A stretch of 64,000 nt of DNA from Mytilus trossulus. Its lineage: Eukaryota. Both the position numbers and the translations under genes were made by a program. Below are positions 62,401 through 64,000 of this stretch, in pieces. The stretch is from positions 59,520,001 to 59,584,000 of the forward strand of contig NC_086382.1 in the NCBI RefSeq assembly GCF_036588685.1, read 5' to 3'. Every line of letters starts with the position of its first letter. Positions within the stretch are counted from its first letter, which is position 1. Below the pieces are notes generated by a model that worked only from the letters and a program-made list of their open reading frames with translations, ran no database searches and was not told the origin of the DNA.

Positions 62401-63969
62401 CTGTACCTTCTTTTGGTTGTATAAGATACTGTGACATGATATCCATTTCTTCTTCTTCCTTGTGATCATCCTCATCAGGTTTTATGTTTTCTGGTTCTAA
62501 AGTTTTGTTTTGGATACTCTCTTTTCTTTCAAGTTTCTTCTGTTTGCTGTTTAAAAAAATGTAATAAAAATGATAAAAAATACTTATGCATAATAGCAGA
62601 CTCAAAAACTTAATCTTTTCATAGGAGGTAAAAAAGCTTATTGTGTTTAATATTACATATCTACAAACAAATACCATCACCAGTTTCAGTGTTAACAAAA
62701 TTTTTGCAACTCTGTAAAAAAAATATCTTACGACTAAAATTGATAGTTATACTGAAATGTGAATGACTTAATAGTATTTTTACTTTAAGTTTTTTGGGGA
62801 AAAAGAGCCCCTGATTCTAATATTAACTGTGTAAGTTCAACAGCATCATCTTAGAAGATGTGGCACTGCTTTATGCATGATTTAGTCAAATATGTATAGT
62901 CTCAATCTAAGATGTAAAACTTCTAGATTTCATTTAAAAAGTTTATGACTTCTACTATATATATATATAAAGGTTCACATCACATGCAAAGGCTGTTTGT
63001 GATGAAACCTTCTGCCAAAAAGTAGACAGATACCTGAGCATTCTGTAGAAAAGTTTACGTTATTAAAGTTAATAATCTTCATATATTTGGAAACTAAGAA
63101 CACAATTTTGATGACTAAGAAGTAACTTTAATCCTTACACTGTTAACTTTGGAGATTCTGATTCAGGTTGAGGTATATCTAGACATGAGAATGGTGCTTC
63201 ATCCACTGTTCTACCATTACGGTAACATTCTGCTAGCCAGGCTGGGGAAACAACCTGTGGTCTATAAATATACCAAGTAAATTATATCAATAATTTTAAA
63301 CTTGAACTCAGTTTCGCAAATATTTTTTATTGAAATTGAGTGATCTATGTCTGATATTTTTTCTTTCTAGTAATAAATCATTCCTAAGCCTCATTTTTGA
63401 AGTTGAAAGTAACTGTAAATGCAAGAATCAGTGTTGAACCTGATGAATCCTAAATAATGTTATTAGACACTCACTTTTACTCATGAAAATTTGTGTTAAT
63501 GTTACAAATAAATATAAGATGATAGATATTTTTTTGATATAGCGGAGTATATTTTTTGTGCAAATAGTTTGTATAACAAGGCAGTCTTAGAATTGATATA
63601 ACTTCTTGTTTTAGTTTTACCTATACAAAGAATTCTTCAAATATCGATGAGCAATGGAGAAAAGAACATTACTACCACTTTATATTAACTTTGTTGCATA
63701 ATTGTCGTATTGGCAATCATACCACATCTCCTTATTTTCATACCAGTATTTCATTACAGATAAAAAATTGAACTGGTTAACTGGACAATGTCTTATCGAA
63801 CAAACTAAAATCAGAAGTGTATTGTCCTAGAAACAAACAAATACAGATTTTATATTCATGTATTTTTTTAGACATTTACCTGACAGTGTTTGAAGTTAGT
63901 AATTCGATATCTCTGTCAATTCTTACTCCCAGTATGACGTGAGTGACAGCTTCATTTAACTGGTTAAGT
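32591..63969 (-). CDS. TOPBP1: DNA topoisomerase II-binding protein 1, multi-exon; 5' part lies beyond the window
   Basis: 32 GT-AG exons join in frame: 63880-63969, 63139-63261, 62407-62546, 59413-59514, 58858-58965, 58544-58653, 57694-57806, 57110-57169, 56219-56347, 55288-55807, 54806-54931, 54095-54163, 53723-53839, 51627-51776, 50828-50914, 50006-50074, 49228-49596, 48812-48891, 48111-48151, 47588-47665, 47056-47091, 46733-46808, 45210-45360, 44450-44498, 43747-43856, 43312-43405, 42763-42869, 42128-42241, 41353-41474, 39131-39200, 36619-36752, 32591-32684 (TAG). Recognisable TOPBP1 peptides: [86 protein letters not shown]. Confidence 0.96.
33283..34553. mobile_element. Tc1/mariner-pogo-type non-autonomous element
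   Basis: TA|CAGTCGATTCCACTTAATTGCATA...TATGCAAATAACTGGAATGTACTG|TA. The empty site GGTAA-TA-GTTGG is at 8835-8846 in copy A. Confidence 0.88.
35119..36568. mobile_element. Helentron/HINE-like element with ~6 internal ~165 bp tandem units
   Basis: Repeated GACCTTTGACCTAGGAAGTTGTACATACATCATGACAC core, a GGAC microsatellite and a terminal GC hairpin. Absent at the equivalent site in copy A (~9638). Confidence 0.7.
36686..38663 (-). repeat. 83 bp minisatellite, 24 copies; unit = 16 nt splice acceptor + first 67 nt of a TOPBP1 exon
   Basis: GTCAGACT recurs every 83 bp (36751 to 38660 = 23 x 83). The minus-strand unit is TATTTTATATTTTCAG|TCTGACATACAGG...GCAGCTCATC. Confidence 0.97.
39405..41165. 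mobile_element. Long-TIR element (~120 bp TIRs) carrying a nested repeat
   Basis: 39411-39530 is the reverse complement of 41044-41161. Absent from copy A. Confidence 0.75.
39822..40950. mobile_element. Nested Helentron/Helitron-like element with two ~500 bp tandem units
   Basis: Begins TTAGCTCACC..GGCCCAAAGGGCC (hairpin), then a CGT microsatellite. Units start at 39891 and 40393. Confidence 0.65.
45210..46808 (-). CDS. TOPBP1: TOPBP1 ATR-activating domain exons
   Basis: 46733-46808 gives [16 protein letters not shown], and 45210-45360 continues LEQEKLA. The SQ site and the critical Trp of the AAD (human EPSQNEQIIWDD) are kept. Confidence 0.92.
45850..46698. mobile_element. Helentron/HINE-like element, 4 internal ~190 bp units
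   Basis: Starts TTTGTAAGGGTTCCGCGGAACCC (palindrome) and ends with (GCC)n and a TTCGACTAAAGTCGAA hairpin. Sister copy at 52195-53246. Confidence 0.75.
50006..51776 (-). CDS. TOPBP1: TOPBP1 exons encoding BRCT6
   Basis: [33 protein letters not shown] / [18 protein letters not shown] / [19 protein letters not shown]. Confidence 0.93.
51787..52075. mobile_element. Short HINE-like repeat (other copies ~9350-9630 and ~34850-35110)
   Basis: AACAAGAATGTGTCC...GTTTCAAGTTGATTGGACTTCAAC...ATAATGCCC..TGGGG terminal hairpin. Confidence 0.65.
52195..53246. mobile_element. Helentron/HINE-like element, 5 internal ~192 bp units
   Basis: Same termini as 45850-46698. Core repeats at ~52306, 52497, 52689, 52881 and 53074. 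Confidence 0.75.
55288..58965 (-). CDS. TOPBP1: TOPBP1 exons encoding BRCT4/BRCT5
   Basis: Six exons give [101 protein letters not shown] and [10 protein letters not shown]. Confidence 0.92.
56011..56060 (-). ncRNA. Degenerate minimal type I hammerhead ribozyme motif in a Penelope/retrozyme-like repeat
   Basis: Minus strand reads GCGTCA-CTGATGA-GTCTTATGTAGAC-GACAC-GGGA-GTC-TGG. Related copies are at 14974-15020 (+), 19971-20017 (-) and 28863-28916 (-). Confidence 0.6.
59829..62421 (-). repeat. 48 bp minisatellite, 54 copies; unit = last ~15 nt of a TOPBP1 exon + splice donor + intron start
   Basis: AATAGGA recurs every 48 bp (59831 to 62375 = 53 x 48). The minus-strand unit CAGCCAAAAGATG|GTACGGTATAAATAATTATATGTTGTCCTATTGTA matches the true junction CAACCAAAAGAAG|GTACAG at 62407/62406. 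Confidence 0.97.
63139..63969 (-). CDS. TOPBP1: TOPBP1 exons encoding the C-terminal half of BRCT3
   Basis: 63880-63969 gives [29 protein letters not shown]. 63139-63261 gives [17 protein letters not shown]. Both match the vertebrate FNQLNEDVTHVIVG...RPHVVGAKWLLEC pattern. Confidence 0.9.
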
Positions 63970-64000
63970 CTGAAAACAACATGTAATAGAAACAGATATA

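Overview
AT-rich eukaryotic genomic DNA. The repeat families suggest a bivalve, probably a Mytilus mussel (inference). The right half holds the 3' two-thirds of TOPBP1 on the minus strand: 32 phase-consistent exons from 63969 to the stop at 32591, encoding part of BRCT3, BRCT4/5, BRCT6, the ATR-activating domain and BRCT7/8. A second, diverged copy of the last nine exons plus downstream DNA lies at ~3100-14080. Between the two direct copies is a ~15 kb insert carrying a single 5.2 kb exon for a ~1730 aa DEAH RNA helicase-RRM/KH-RBR E3 ligase fusion (plant DEAH11/12-type architecture). Two TOPBP1 introns contain minisatellites built from the gene's own splice junctions: 24 x 83 bp of an acceptor plus exon start, and 54 x 48 bp of an exon end plus donor. 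The window also has a young 5'-truncated L1/Tx1 LINE with a 13 bp TSD, several MITEs with readable TIRs/TSDs, Helentron-like elements, degenerate hammerhead-ribozyme repeats, and a probable NRF1-type promoter with first exons of a neighbouring gene at the left end. All alignments and counts were made by eye.
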